Source: Octopus bimaculoides (Eukaryota). Taken from it: a stretch of 64,000 nucleotides of DNA. The DNA is taken from assembly GCF_001194135.2 (NCBI RefSeq), contig NC_068983.1, positions 89,676,386 to 89,740,385 of the forward strand. Reading direction: 5' to 3'. The notes beneath the pieces were generated by a model that was not told the DNA's origin, made no database searches, and saw only the letters and a list, made by a program, of their open reading frames with translations. The number at the start of each line of letters is the position of its first letter. Position 1 is the stretch's first letter. Both the position numbers and the translations under genes were made by a program. Positions 63,674-64,000 of this stretch are shown piece after piece.

Positions 63674-64000
63674 GCGTGTTAGCACCTGTAGAATATAAAG
63701 CAAGACATGACAGAGTTGGCCAGTATTTACACTGGACAATATGTCAGCATTATAAAATCAAAAGCGCTGACAAATGGTATAAACACCATCCTGAAGCTGT
63801 GACTGAGGGAGAAAATGTATCGATTCTCTGGGACTTCCCCGTACATACCGACAAGACTATAAAAGCTAATAAACCGGATATTATCATAAAAGATCAGACA
63901 AAGAAGACGTGTTTATTAATTGACATGAGTATTCCCTGTGATCATAATATAGCGGCGAAAGAATTTGACAAGATCAGTAAATATAAAGACTTGCTAATAG
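63673..64000 (+). mobile_element. young Dong/R4-like RLE LINE (family D), runs off the window
   Basis: Uninterrupted frame EYKARHDRVGQYLHW...ILWDFPV...KPDII...IDMSIP; CpGs retained; starts after (AAT)n. Confidence 0.9.

Overview
AT-rich, microsatellite-dense eukaryotic genomic DNA with several assembly gaps. The repeat content suggests a coleoid cephalopod, probably Octopus (inference from the RTE tails ending ...CATGCTAGCATGGAAAGCGGACGT..(GAT)n and abundant tRNA-derived SINEs). Most of the window is transposon debris. DNA transposons: two mariner elements with intact TIRs and TA TSDs, a decayed pogo-family transposase, and a hAT-type MITE with an 8-bp TSD. LTR elements: three Ty3/gypsy copies, one young with a visible -1 frameshift signal. 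LINEs: several RTE and Tx1/L1-like pieces, plus about ten Dong/R4-like RLE LINE fragments stacked in (AAT)n microsatellites. Many SINEs are also present. No host gene can be named. Small minus-strand segments with good splice signals suggest one or two spliced host genes, but none is confirmed. No rRNA, tRNA gene or CRISPR array is supported. The most unusual structures are a 432-bp foldback element built from nested inverted 38-bp units (second, rearranged copy at 44.8 kb), a 135-bp palindrome, and a candidate minus-strand exon chain containing one in-frame UGA. I cannot support a wholly new biological system from this sequence alone.
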